NCBI RefSeq assembly: GCF_947568905.1
Contig: NC_079166.1
Span: forward strand, 10,106,001 to 10,170,000
Direction: 5' to 3'
Length of the DNA: 64,000 nt
Source of the DNA: Ostrea edulis
Taxonomy: Eukaryota
A model generated the notes under the pieces. That model did no database searches. It had not been told where the DNA came from and worked only from the letters and a program-made list of their open reading frames with translations. Made by a program: the position numbers and the translations under genes. This document shows positions 49,347-63,500 of the stretch, piece after piece; the first letter of the stretch is position 1, and each line of letters begins with the position of its first letter.

Positions 49347-51796
49347 TCGCACGTCTAAATATTCCTATGAGTGAAGCCATTGTACATTAGACGACAAATG
49401 GCAAGAAGACCTGCATATTACAATTTACATTATCATAAAATCTATTCCATTCTTGTTAAATACAATGAGGATGCGTGGGGTATATAATTATAAATGCATG
49501 TTGATCTTCTCATTGAAATTAATATTAAAACATTTCATTGAAAAAATTTACGCAAGAGAGCATAGCCCTAACCCGCATTAAAAATTTGAATTAAGTGTAT
49601 ATTACATTTGAATTGGAAAACCCCCAATGATACCACAGCCTTTCAGCTCAGTTTTTGCATGAAGGACACCCCCCCCCCCTTCAGCATAATGCAATCATAC
49701 ATGCATAATAAAGCCCATTATCAACAAGGATTTTTACTGAAGAGAGTATATAACCAACATTTCACACAACTTAAAGAAACATCTTGTGGACTTATCGTTC
49801 CATGAACCATACTTGGGAAATCCTCGTTGATTGTCACAACTCATTGGAATACTATGAAAGCTATAATTGATCTAATGCAATAATATGAAATACTTTCACT
49901 CTGTGGGTTTTTTTAATAATACATGTACATATTGTCCAATTCCGATTAAATTAATCGTTTTGCGTATTCCACCATACGCTTCAAGCACATAGTGTCGGGG
50001 TAGGGGATGTGCTTCCTTTTCTCTAAGCATATTTTGCAAATTATACTTTTAATTTAATATGAAAATGTTCGTTGAAAGGCTGGTTGCCCAACCCTCCCAC
50101 TTTTTGTCGCTGAGCAGTCAAATACATGTGGTAATGTATAATAGAATTCTTTTTTTTTTTTCATTTCAGAAAAGTCGGAACTAACCCTCCCCTCCCCCTC
50201 TCCAAAAAATTAAACCGAAAGCGAATGTTCGTGTTGATGAAGTTCTTTTTATTGGCTTGTCAGCTATATTTTAGTGAAGAGTTGTCAATTATATTTCTGC
50301 CAACCCTCCCTTTCACAACCCATCCTAAGTGTCTGTGAAATACTGATTGTGATTATTGCATCATCTGCACATTGCACTCCTGCACTACGCCTAACTGTAT
50401 ATATGTTATTTATGAAATTGTATACAATAAGATATAAGTCCTACGTAACAAAGTGCATTGATTCCCTTTCAATGTAATTGTATCATATTTTAATTAATTA
50501 ATGCTAACATTTACATGATGGTGCGTGTTTTGCGATATAGTGAAACAAATGGTTTACTTCATGATATGATAGTAGATATGACGTCACAGCTGTTGCCCAA
50601 ATAATCAAGTTGCAGCAGTAAAATTCTATCACTTTGCAATGCTCTTTGTCCACTAAGAGTCCTTGATGATCCGGATAATTTTGCATGCAGTCGGCTGTAG
50701 TCCAAACAATCGAGATGGAATAATTCATATTGCACAAAAGCTGGCCCGCATCTGATGATAGCAAGGATGGCTGGACTTGAGGGAGTAAATACCCTTCCTG
50801 TATTCTAACTGTAAGAAAAAGTTTATATATAATGTACAGTGAAGCGTACATGAGAAATAATATTACAAAGAAAATATTGGCGACCTCAGAAATTAATTCA
50901 AGAATATTTTTTTATCTTTCTGGCTGTAAACAGGCGTTAATTATACTAAAGATACACATTCTACAAATTCTCAACCACATTATTGGTACGAACCACTGAA
51001 ATTACTCTCCGGCGATTGCCTCCTGATATCTTTGGACAAGAACTGCCCCCCCCCCCCCCCCCCCTGTAATTTCTTGCTAAATATATACAAACTTAATCAA
51101 GCAATAGATAATAAAGTTATCTTAATAATATCAATTTCTCCAAATTGCTTAAATGATAATGGAAAGAAAGAAAAAAACAACCAGTGAAGTAATAGGCCAT
51201 AATATAACCATACCCCCCCCCCTCAATTTTAGCCACAAAGGTCAAAGGTCAAGGTCAAAGTGACCGAATATAGAATGAAAATTTCAGAAATCTTTGGTTT
51301 CCGGATGATAACCCAGACAGTTTAAATCCGAATCAAATGATACTTAAAGATATTGTTATGTACCAGGTAAGGAAGACCCCTATTGATTTTGGAGAAAATA
51401 GGTCAAGGTCACAGTGACCGAAAATAGATTGAAAACTTCAGACAAATATGGTTTCTGGACAGTAACTCGAAAAGTTTAAAACTGAAATTAGTTCTTCACA
51501 ATTATAAATATGCCACATCATTCCTGACTTTACAATGTATCCTATGCAACTCGGCTCATGCGCCCCTGGGTGCATATATTGATTTTATAGATACATTTCG
51601 GGCCATAAGACTGAAAACAAATGATTTGTGGATTTTTATGTGTTTAATGGAAAGATCGGTGAGGCTGTATGCTGGTAATTAGGGAGTATATGTTTCGAAT
51701 CTTAAGAAGATTTCGTCTCTCAGAATGTATGTTAATTGAGGCATCTTTTCGAAATATTTCTGTGGCCCTTAAAAGGGCCGATTTTCTTCTCGAGCT

Positions 51797-52245
51797 TTAC
51801 TCCGTCAGAAGAGCTCTCCTTATCTGTGCGCCATATTTCCATAGGTTTCCTTGGGAAATATGAACATCAGCTGCAAAGTCCTGGGGATATTTCAGCCGAA
51901 GTAAGATAAATATTTTTCCGAGCATTGCTCGCAGAATTGTGTTGATCCTGTTCCTCTTCCTCCTGAAGATATCGCTTGTCAGACCAGGGCTTTTCTTTTG
52001 AAATTACCACCCCTGTCTAGAATCTGTCCCACGAGAACAGTTCCAACTCCGCTGTCTTCTAGGACCTGCACCAGTTGTAGGACGTTTTCAGCCACCTTCC
52101 TGGGTTTTCCTTCAACGCCGATGTCGTTTCCACCGAGATGTACGAAAACTCGATCAGGGGAATACTGAAGCAGGTTTTGCAGGCAGGTTTGATTTGGCTC
52201 CTTTGCTGTCATGCCACCAACTCCAAAATATTTTATTCTCGGGTC
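51797..52245 (-). pseudogene. Frameshifted SGNH/GDSL hydrolase-like relic (probably retroelement-derived)
   Basis: YFGVGGMT...VFVHLGGNDI (GxND block). After a one-base frameshift near 51985 it continues GLTSDIFRRKRNRINTIL...QDFAADVHISQGNLWKY..IRRALLTE* (degenerate DxxH block). Confidence 0.65.
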
Positions 52246-53023
52246 TCATTCGGTAGATCTTCCGAGACGTTAGATAAAAGACGACCCAAAGACGGCAGCT
52301 TTCATGATGATATTAAACAACTCGAGCGGGACGTTAAACAACATACAATCAATCAATCTACCTGTCGTACTAGTTACTAGAATAGACTTTATGCCGTGTT
52401 AGCTCAGTCGATGGAGCACTAACTTCCTGCGCGATTTATGATTGGGTTCGAAACCCGACCGCCACAGGCCAGTGATTTAAAAAAAAAAACCCAGCGATTA
52501 CTGTTCTTTTACCAAGTGCTCTGGGTAAGTGATGGTCGCGAGTTTTCGCAGGAAATCTTCATAATCTATGTCCCGTGCTATGTTAGACTTTCATGGTGGC
52601 ACTAATTTGCTAACGCGGAAATAACTGAGGATATTAAACCTGAAGAAAATGTAAGCGATGAGTTGAAATCCAAGGAGAGACAGATTCAATCTCTAGAAAA
52701 GCCTGAAAATGCCTATTTGACTGTAATGGCATTATGTGTAATTATTCAGACTAGCTATCCTGAAAATGCCTGTTTGACTGTAATGCCTATTTGACTGTAA
52801 TGGCATTATGTGTAATTATTCAGACTAGCAATCCTGAAAATGCCTATTTGACTGTACTGGCATGATGTGTAATTATTCAGACTAGCTATCCTGAAAATGC
52901 CTATTTGGCATGATGCGTAATTATTCAGACTAGCTATCTTGCAAATATCAAACGTGTGTTTTAATGCTTTGTCACATTACTGTGGCCTGTTTTACCCTAT
53001 CCCCCAAATCAAGACTAATATCA

Positions 53024-53370
53024 ACAGACACCTGAAGTATGATTATTACTAATCCCCCCTCCCCCCTTTTCCATAAATTTTTTTTTGGTGGCAATAATTT
53101 CTCCGAATGTGTGAATTCCCAGTCTATCTCATCCCTCTTTCGATTCATGTAATCGTTTCACGCTTTTTTGTAAGCTTTAGAGCTTGGCCTTCTACCGTTA
53201 TAATAAAATTTTATTATACCGGTAGAAGCTTACAAAAAGCGTGAAATGATTACATGAATCGAAAAAGGGATGAGATAGACTGGGAATTCATACATTTCAG
53301 AGAAATTACTGCCACCAAAAAAAATTATGAAAAGGGGGGTGGTAGTAATATCCATACTTCAGGTGCCTGT
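53024..53370. mobile_element. ~345-bp foldback element
   Basis: ACAGACACCTGAAGTAT ... ATACTTCAGGTGCCTGT; the arms pair to a central TATAATAAAATTTTATTATA. No TSD seen. Confidence 0.75.
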
Positions 53371-53987
53371 GGTTTTACACGACAGACATCTAGTGACACG
53401 TCCATAATGACATTTTGGACTCCCCAGTAATTAGATCAGACATAGAAATACAGAACTTGTACTAAGTTTATACAATAATCAGACTCGGGTCAGCTACAAT
53501 AAACCGACAATGGAAAGATGTAAACATCAATAAATAAAAATGTTCAACTGTGGGAACATAATCCCATGTACAAAACACAAATATGACAACTCGGAACCCC
53601 AAATTTTTTAGGTCTATTGCTTCTATTAGCTGTTTACATGTAGGTAAATTTTGAATGATTAAATATGCAAAGAGAGTCCAATTGATTAAATATGAATATG
53701 TTCTGTTGATTTTGAATTAAACATACTGAATGATTGTGCAGATCAGAATTCAGATGTTTATGCATTTCCCCCCTTAATCTGAAAGACAACCCCCTGTGAT
53801 TCATTCTGGAAAAACCAAGCTGGCTTTCAACCCCACCAACTCCACACCCAATTTAAACACAATACCATAATTTTTCTTTTTACACATGTACATTGACAGG
53901 AATTTTTAAGAAACACAAAACAAATTACAATGCGATTTCATTGATTTTGAAAAAAAATGCTCAATTCAGTATGTCATGCAATGGTCA

Positions 53988-54706
53988 GGTAAAGGGGTAA
54001 ACGGAAAAAAAGTCACAATCTGGGTAGGAAAAAAAGTCACGGGAAAAAAAGTCACAATATGTATAAAGAGTGCCCATGACCACACCTAGGAAAAAAAGTC
54101 ACAATTTGTTTTGTTCCAAATTTTTGATTGTTTTTGCCTATACCAAGGAAAAAGAGTCACAATATTTATAAATGATTGTGATGACAGTAAAAATTTGTTC
54201 CTCATTGTATACAAAAAATGATAGAAACCATACATTTTGCTTAAAAAAACAAACATATTTTTTCCTTCATCCTATGCATGGCTTCAAAGATTGTAAATTG
54301 GTGACATTTTGTCTACTTATACAGGAAATACACTGTCTAGAAGGGGAAAAGTGCCTTGTGAAGCCACTGATTAATCTCAACAGTCCCTGTCAACAACTGT
54401 TGTAAATACTTAAAAGTTAATTATTTTTTATTGGGGTTATTTGTAAATTTAAGTAAAACTTTTCTCCTGATATAATTGACTTTTTTTATATATACATGTA
54501 TTTTTCTTTCAAAATATATATACTGTGACTTTCTCCCCCTTTGTATATGTGACCCTTTTCTATCAAAATATATACTATGAATTTTTCCCTATACACATAA
54601 TATATATTGCGACTTTTTTTCCTGTGACTTTTTATCCATGACTTTTTTCCCCACAATCGGTTCCGTTCCGTTCCGCAAAGTACCAATAGCCTTTTTTCCC
54701 TACATT
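53988..54706. mobile_element. Insertion with 9-bp TSD and AAAAAAGTCAC subterminal repeats (Mutator-like)
   Basis: CAATGGTCA at 53979-87 and 54707-15; a single CAATGGTCG at the empty homologous site (20173-81). The TIR is poorly defined. Confidence 0.65.
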
Positions 54707-56904
54707 CAATGGTCAGCATTCTCTAGGTTTGTCAATAAAAACAAGAAATAGAGGTGTTCAATTTTATTCATAACATTTCAAGGTGATACAGAAGCAAAAA
54801 AAAAATAAATAAATAAAAAAAATAGAACACTGTCAAGCCCAATAAAAGGAAAGTACATTGCTAGAGAAACAAATGTCAATAATTCATCAAACCATTCAGG
54901 TGAGCTACAGCATACAAAACAATCACCAGGGGGGAAATGGTGTACCAACATCATACTGCTGCGATTATGGGGAATTTCAAACAGTATGTGTGTGTATTAT
55001 AGGAGAAATTTCAAACTGTGTGTATTATATGAGAAATTTCAAACTGTGTGTGTGTGTTATATGAGAAATTTCAAACAGTGTGTGTATTACATGAGAAATT
55101 TCAAACAGTGTGTGTGTATACTGTAGGAGAAAATTCAAACAGTGTGTGTGTGTGTGTGTGTACTGTAGGAGAAATTTCAAACAGTATGTGTGTGTATTAT
55201 ATGGGAAATTTCAAACAGTATGTGTGTGTATTATAGGAGAAATTTCAAACAGTATTTGTGTGCTTCCATCTTATGTAGTCCGTAATATGACAATACTGAA
55301 ATGTTAACCTGAAGCCCTCAGTGTCGAAAGTTTGACTACAGTGTTTCTAAATCATTGAGATCTAAAGCAGGATTGTCCGTGAAATTACTGGAGGCATTCA
55401 TTCAGGATTTAATATTGATTAATATGTCATTTAGTCAAAATAATTACCTGACAGCAATTCATGATGACCGACTGGAATTTTGTAAATTCAACTCTTATAA
55501 ACAAATGAATGTCAATCATACTGTATTGCTAATAATTAAAATTTGTATCAAATTGCATTTATCAAAAATACATTTGGGTGAATGTAAACTGGCAAGAAAT
55601 TCTTTTGAAGATTTTACTACCTTCAAGTTGTGACTAGAAAATAAGAATCCACACTGTACTAGCATCAGAACATACTCGTATATTCTCGTCTTCTACACAT
55701 TGTGTGCAGACTCTAAAGATTATAGCATACCTTTCATGTGTACTTATAATAAAATGTAACATTTGTGTTTGATAAATTCTTGAACTACTCTCGCCTTACA
55801 TGTCAAAAGACATTGATTTCAAGTTCCTGAGCTACATTGGTCTTCCTCCATTATACGTGTAAATTCCAAAATGCATGCATGTATGGAATCATATAATAAA
55901 TTTCTCTAATATCATAATGAGGGTACATCATTTCATATTATAGAAAATTACATCATGGCTCACAATACATGTAAGAGTTTTAAAAAATAAAATGTGAAAT
56001 TCAATCTTTAAGTATATACTATTACAAAATAGACAAATTTCAAAACATTTATTCAAAGAATAAATGCTATCAATTAATATGACATTCAAATCTATTATGC
56101 AAAATTCACATAAAAATAAAAGAGGCCATACTATTCCCATTCAAATTCATTGTGTAACCTAGCATTATTGGTTAAAAATGAGACTTAGTGCCAGACATTA
56201 AAAACATTACACCCCCAGACACTAGCATTATCAAAATTCCACTGCTTGGTGGTTTTCATCCATTCTACTTGCGTGATGTGATGGAGATGATCAATGCTGA
56301 TGAAATCATGTTCTGTATCATTACTTGTATGTGTCTTTGAGGCAGCATTTTCAGTGTCATTTTCCTCTCTCAACACCTTCAGTCCATTTTAGTATTAATA
56401 AAATATACTTATCAAATAACAGAAATGCAAAAAACTCCAGCTGCTGTTGAAAATGTAATTAAATATTTAATTTATAATCATGGACTTTATGTAATTTTCC
56501 AAAGGTCTTTTTTTTCCCTAATACCAGAAATAAACCTTGTAAAAGGCAATAAAAACTTGGGAGACACTGTAATGAAATGATCATGACCTTTGAATGTACA
56601 TGTAGTATGATATAAAAAAATATACATGCATTCAATATGAATTTTATCATATTAAGACTTGGATCTTGAGAAAAAATGCCCTTTATATCTCTGTCCCTTA
56701 TTCTAAATTTTAAAAAATATCAATGATCTGGTTTTAAAGTGGTTACACAAAGAATTCCTACAATATTTGTGAAAAGGATCAGGTATACGTGAAAAAAAAA
56801 TATGGCAAAAACACCTGGATCAAACCAAACCCGGAAAACGATTGGAAATATGTAACAGAGGTACATGTAATCTGTAAATAAATACATACTACGTGTTGTA
56901 GATT

Positions 56905-57525
56905 TCATAATACTTTGTGAACACGGAATGTTCGATTACTGAACACGAGTTTGAAATATTTTGTGTACGCTGGTGTTTCGTATCGTATTTCATCACAGAA
57001 TCTAGGAATGCTACTTTTGACGAGTCCTGGCTCTGATTTACCGTGGTCAGGAATCTGAAAGAGTAAGTCAACATAAAATTTAAATGTGCCATTGCTTTAT
57101 TTATGAGACTGATAGAAAAAATACATTTTCAAAACAATGATGCTGTAAATCATTTTCTATTTGCAAAATCTTCAATTTTATGCAAATTTGCTTTGAAGCA
57201 AAAATAAGGCCCTCATATATAATTTGTATATTTTGTACTTTCACCAAAGAAATCTCACTGATGAATTTGAAAAAATCATAAAAATGACACCTCACAAAAT
57301 GCAAGTGACTTTCTGTAGTAAATATGATGCATAATGATTGACTATGTACAAATTGTGAGTTACATTAAATTTTGACTCTTATATCATTATTTCAAGCAAT
57401 CATTTTGTCTTATTTTATATTTTAAAAAATTAAAAACAGCACAGCAATGTGGAGCACCCCCTTACAGTTGGGGTTTACTAGAAATGCCATATTGAATCCG
57501 ATGTATCACACACACATTCCCTGAC

Positions 57526-57565
<40 letters not shown>

Positions 57566-60500
57566 ATTTTTATATCCAATCCCCATTAATTCTGTTTCAA
57601 GAGGACAATATTCACACACACACAAAACCAGTCTTTGAAAAAGGTCAATAATTTTGCATTTCTTGTATACAACTTTGCATCTGTAGGTTCATGTTGATTT
57701 TAAACTGTTACTATCGCTAGGTATACACAAGTATTTTATCTTATTGTTTTGCATACGATAATATAACACATAAATATATATACATGTAATATAAATACAC
57801 ATTTAGACTGACCACTCCATTGTCAACATCTACAATATCCGGAGTCCGACATCCCTTGGAAGGTGCTAAACAAATACTGTCCTCCAAGATGATGTAGCTA
57901 GACTTATACTTTGTTAAGATGTCGTGGATGTCTTCAGGAGTTCTCCTTCCATATATCTGATAAAGCTGTCACGAGAAACATTCTAAAGTTCACATAAACG
58001 AAGTAAATTAAACATTTCATACATAAATCTTTTACATAGTCATGAACACACAAATGAAAACCTTCCTCTGTTGAAATTATTATGTTAACAACTACTTTGA
58101 CAATGGTTATTTTCTAGAATGCATTTCTTTGTTTATGGCTATTTCTTTTTCCGGGTACGACAAAACCAGAAAAGATATCACAAATATTTGTTATTTTTAT
58201 CTATCATATAAATCCGTGTATCAAAGTTTTTATCATAGTAAATCAATTTATTATATAGCTAATAAATAGTCTATCATAAAATCTGCGTAAATTCAGAGGC
58301 GAAAACTATTATATTACAAAGTGTAAATGTGTGTATATTTCTATCATATGCTTGGTAATAATTATGCAGATTCAGCACTGCGTGATACGGGTGACGTCAC
58401 AATAGCCAATATCAACAACCGGTCCAAAAATCCATATCACATATCAGACCGGCATGCAAAAATGCATATCAAGCTGGAAATTACGTATTCACTCGTAATC
58501 AACGTATCAATGTTTTTACTGTAGTAAATCAATGTATCAATGTTTTTACCATGGTAAATCAACGTATCAATGTTTTTACCATGGTAAATCAACGTATCAA
58601 TGTTTTTACCATGGTAAATCAACGTATCAATGTTTTTACTGTAGTAAATCAACGTATCAATGTTTTTACCATGGTAAAACAAAGTTTTTACTGTAGTAAA
58701 TCAACGTATCAATGTTTTTACCATGGTAAAACAAAGTTTTTACTGTAGTAAATCAATGTATCAATGTTTTTACTGTAGTAAATCAATGTATCAAAGTTTT
58801 TACTGTAGTAAATCAATGTATCAATGTTTTTACTGTAGTAAATCAATGTATCAAAGTTTTTACTGTAGTAAATCAATGTATCAATGTTTTTACCATGGTA
58901 AAACAAAGTTTTTACTGTAGTAAATCAATGTATCAATGTTTTTACTGTGGTAAATCAATGTATCAATGTTTTTACTGTGGTAAATCAATGTATCAATGTT
59001 TTTACTGTGGTAAATCAATGTATCAATGTTTTTACTGTGGTAAATCAATGTATCAATGTTTTTACCGTAGTAAATCAATGTATCAATGTTTTTACCGTAG
59101 TAAATCAATGTATCAATGTTTTTACCATGGTAAAACAAAGTTTTTACTGTAGTAAATCAACGTATCAATGTTTTTACCATGGTAAAACAAAGTTTTTACT
59201 GTAGTAAATCAATGTATCAATGTTTTTACTGTAGTAAATCAATGTATCAATGTTTTTACTGTAGTAAATCAATGTATCAAAGTTTTTACTGTAGTAAATC
59301 AATGTATCAATGTTTTTACTGTAGTAAATCAATGTATCAATGTTTTTACCATGGTAAAACAAAGTTTTTACTGTAATAAATCAATGTATCAATGTTTTTA
59401 CCATGGTAAAACAAAGTTTTTACTGTAGTAAATCAATGTATCAATGTTTTTACTGTAGTAAATCAATGTATCAAAGTTTTTACTGTAGTAAATCAATGTA
59501 TCAATGTTTTTACTGTAGTAAATCAATGTATCAAAGTTTTTACTGTAGTAAATCAATGTATCAATGTTTTTACCATGGTAAAACAAAGTTTTTACTGTAG
59601 TAAATCAATGTATCAATGTTTTTACTGTAGTAAAATCAATGTATCAATGTTTTTACTGTAGTAAATCAATGTATCAATGTTTTTACTGTAGTAAATCAAT
59701 GTATCAATGTTTTTACCATGGTAAAACAAAGTTTTTACTGTAGTAAATCAATGTATCAAAGTTTTTACTGTAGTAAATCAATGTATCAATGTTTTTACCA
59801 TGGTAAAACAAAGTTTTTACTGTAGTAAATCAATGTATCAATGTTTTTACTGTAGTTAATCAATGTATCAATGTTTTTACTGTGGTAAATCAGTGTATCA
59901 CAGTTTTTACTGTGGTAAATCAGTGTATCAATGTTTTTACCGTGGTAAATCAACGTATCAATGTTTTTACCGTAGTAAATCAACGTATCAATGTTTTTAC
60001 CGTGGTAAATCAACGTATCAATGTTTTTACCGTAGTAAATCAACGTAACAATGTTTTTACCGTAGTAAATCAACGTAACAATGTTTTTACCGTAGTAAAT
60101 CAACGTATCAATGTTTTTACCGTAGTAAATCAACGTATCAATGTTTTTACCGTAGTAAATCAACGTATCAATGTTTTTACCATAGTAAATCAACGTATCA
60201 ATGTGTTTACCGTAGTAAATCAACGTATCAATGTTTTTACTGTAGTAAATCAATGTATCAATGTGTTTACTGTAGTAAATCAATGTATCAATGTGTTTAC
60301 CATGGTAAATCAATGTTTTTACTGTAGTAAATCAATGTATCAATGTTTTTACCATGGTCAAACAAAGTTTTTACTGTAGTAAATCAACGTATCAATGTTT
60401 TTACCATGGTCAAACAAATGTAAATGATGGTTTTACTGTAGTAAATCAATGTATCAATGTTTTTACTGTAGTAAATCAATGTATCAATGTTTTTACTGTA

Positions 60501-63500
60501 GTAAATCAATGTATCAATGTTTTTACTGTAGTAAATCAATGTATATGATGGTTTTTACCATAGTTTGTTATAATTGATACATCAAATTTTAGCACCATAG
60601 TTAATCAATGTATCAAAGTAATCCAATGTACCAAAGTGGGTTTTTTTTACTAGCGTAGGCCTAAATCATTGTTTTTTTCATGAAAAATTAATGTATCAAA
60701 TATTCCTTGATCTGCCTTTAAAATGAAAAAATATTTTATTTTTTTAAAATCAGCTTTTGGACTCCGTATCAAATTTTTAAAAAATGGAAACATCAAAAAT
60801 ACTATTCCGTTCGTATGAAATATTTAAGCATAAAAAGTGCAGTATATGATAAATACAATGTTACATGCCAAAATCCATATCGTATGTCATATATCAGCCC
60901 TCGGGCCCGATATCAACCCTCTCCCGGCTGATATGGCATCCCTTGGGCTGATATGACATATGATATGAATTTTAGCATGTAATATTCACTACTAATTACT
61001 GCTTAATGATAAATTACTTAATACTCTGTCATCAGTATTTCAACAACTACACTTTGTAAATCACATATCAAACAAAATGTTTAAAGGGTTTGCAATAAAT
61101 CACTGACTTCTTTGGTTTTAAATCGGAGATGGTTGTCTTCATAATGAGGGTGGTTTGTGATTGGACGACCTGTACACAGTTTGACTCCTGCTAACAGCTG
61201 CATACTGCCAGTAAATGCTGCACTGCTTGGCACACTGGATCTGTTAACAGTTAAAGGGAAGTAACTCCATATTTTTTTTTGAAGAGTGATGACAATTTCT
61301 ACATCTCACACACACTGTATATTAACTTTTTTTTAAAAATTAAATACCTGAAAGTCATAAGACTATTTGTTTAAATTGAATTTCAGAACATTTTGATAAT
61401 TCCTCGCAAATTCATTCAGCATAAATGAAACTAGAACTGTCCTAATGGGACTAATACCCCCCGCGGGGCATATAAGATGATGGGAAATATTTAATGCAAG
61501 CTCATTGGATATTTTCACATTATCTACAGGGCAATCAATGTGAATGCAGAAGTGTATATTCTACAGTACAGCAGTACATGAAATATTAAAAATATGCTTA
61601 ATATAAACAATGAATACTATTTGGCACATTTTAGGCTGTATGATTGCAAATCCCTGATCAACTCTTCTAGTCTTTAGTTTATATTCACTTTGTTAAAGAT
61701 CATTATGTTATGCCAACTTTACTTTGTCATTGATTTTGTCAGTAAATAAATGACATTAGCTCAAGTATTGGTATTATTGTAATCTTTTCCACTGGTATAA
61801 CAACTCTAAGTAGCTGCAATAAAGGCAGTTTACTATGAATCCCATTGCCAGGGATAGTTGAGATTATAAATACTATCTGACAAATAAGTATTCAACACAC
61901 ATGAGCCACTTTATGTTTTACCGAGAAGTCACAAGATTGCAGATACAGTATGTGGATGCCAAACCCGAAAATGTTCGTAACTTCCATAACTGTTAAAATA
62001 TTTCAATGAAAATAGAAGATGCACAACTACATTATATATATAAGATGAGAATAAAGTTTGAATCAAATCTGTTCAACGGTATTAGAATTAAACTCTGGAC
62101 AAAGTGTGCAACCCCCAAAATGAAAAGAAAATGTGCGTAACTTCTATAACTGTTAAAATATTTCAATGAAAATAGGAGATGCACAACTACATAACATATA
62201 GAAGATGTGCATAAAGTTTGAATGAAATATGTCCAGCGGTATTAGAAATAAACTTCGGACAAATTGCGTCTACGGACAAACGGACGGACAGACGGACAAA
62301 GTGATTCCAGTATACCCCCCCAAACTTCATTTGTGGGGGGTATAATAATACATGCAATGTTTTCACCCTAAAAAGCACCCTGAGCACTAAGAAAATTGAT
62401 GGATAGGCAAATACATAAAATTGGATTTTAGATATGTATGAGACATATGGAAATATAAGATTTTCAGCTGAGAGACTCAGTTTGGGTAGGGTGCTGGTTA
62501 GGATGAATATGGTGTTTTGAGTTTAGGTAGGGTGCTGGTTAAGATGAATATGGTGTTCAGAGTTAAGGTAGGGTGCGGGTTAGGATGAATATGGTGTATA
62601 GAGTTAACACTTACTTGATCCACTCCATGAGCTCTACAGTATCTGGATCCCAAAATTCCTTCAATTCCTCTAGTTCTTTCAAAAGAGGTGAAAGAGCCTA
62701 AAAAAGAGTTAATATCACATCTGACATTAAAACTTCTTTCTTTAATATCTATAAAGCAGTCTCTGTACAGATAGCAATTAAAAATTAGACACACAATCTA
62801 AAAATATTAAATGTTTCAGATAAAACTATTTCTGATCATAAATCTGATAAATATTTTAGATGAAACTATTTCTGATCATAAATCTGTTGTCTACTTTTTA
62901 AAAACTGAAAATGACCAATAAAATGTTACTTACTATAGCTAATAAAACTGTTAGCGTTAATAGGGTCATAAAATGTCTGACAATCTGCACCTGTAAAAGA
63001 ATACCACACATACAGAAAGAACAAGATCAAAATAGAGGCTGAACTTGAACTTTATACAGATACATGTATACTACCAAATTTGTTCATAATTTTAGAAAAT
63101 TTTCAGTAAAAAGGCGATAATCACATACAGAGAAACTAAACATTAAAATACAGTTGTAAAGATACATTGTGGCACTTAACCTCGCTATAATTGTTCCCAT
63201 GGCCAGTAAATAGAGCAAAACCTGAATAATCTGACAAGCTTTAATACATATAACTCTGTGTCAAATATTAGGCAGCATGTCAGATTGCACAGTATTAAGA
63301 AAATGGAAAGTAGATAATTGGGGATGAAAATACGGCTGGAATTCACAGTGAAATAAACAATGTAGGTGTTGAATTAGCTGGTGTCGGATTATACAGGTGT
63401 CAGATTACACAGGTGTTGGATTTGACAGGTGTTGGATTCATTGATTCAATATTGTTTAATGTCCCTCTAGAAAATATTTCACTCATACAGAGACGTCACC

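Larger units (their letters stand above)
52367..55439 (+). repeat. Diverged, internally deleted segmental duplicate of the receptor locus
   Basis: Collinear matches: 52367-52630 to 1707-1972, 52631-53020 to 16598-17032 plus 18849-18990, and 53375-55439 to ~19550-20868. Confidence 0.85.

Noticed and set aside
50504-50851. 115-aa ORF or possible degenerate PHD finger
   Set aside because: No coherent motif in one frame; the FHLDCLD resemblance is too short to support a call.
56185-56376. Extra DPY19L3 exon or separate gene
   Set aside because: It lies downstream of the DPY19L3 stop (56905), with no convincing splice sites or homology; probably 3' UTR or intergenic.
58437-60548. Repeat-protein ORFs (HGKNIDTLIY, VVNQCINVFT, etc.)
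   Set aside because: They are translations of a 30-bp intronic satellite, open in several frames only because the unit is a multiple of 3.
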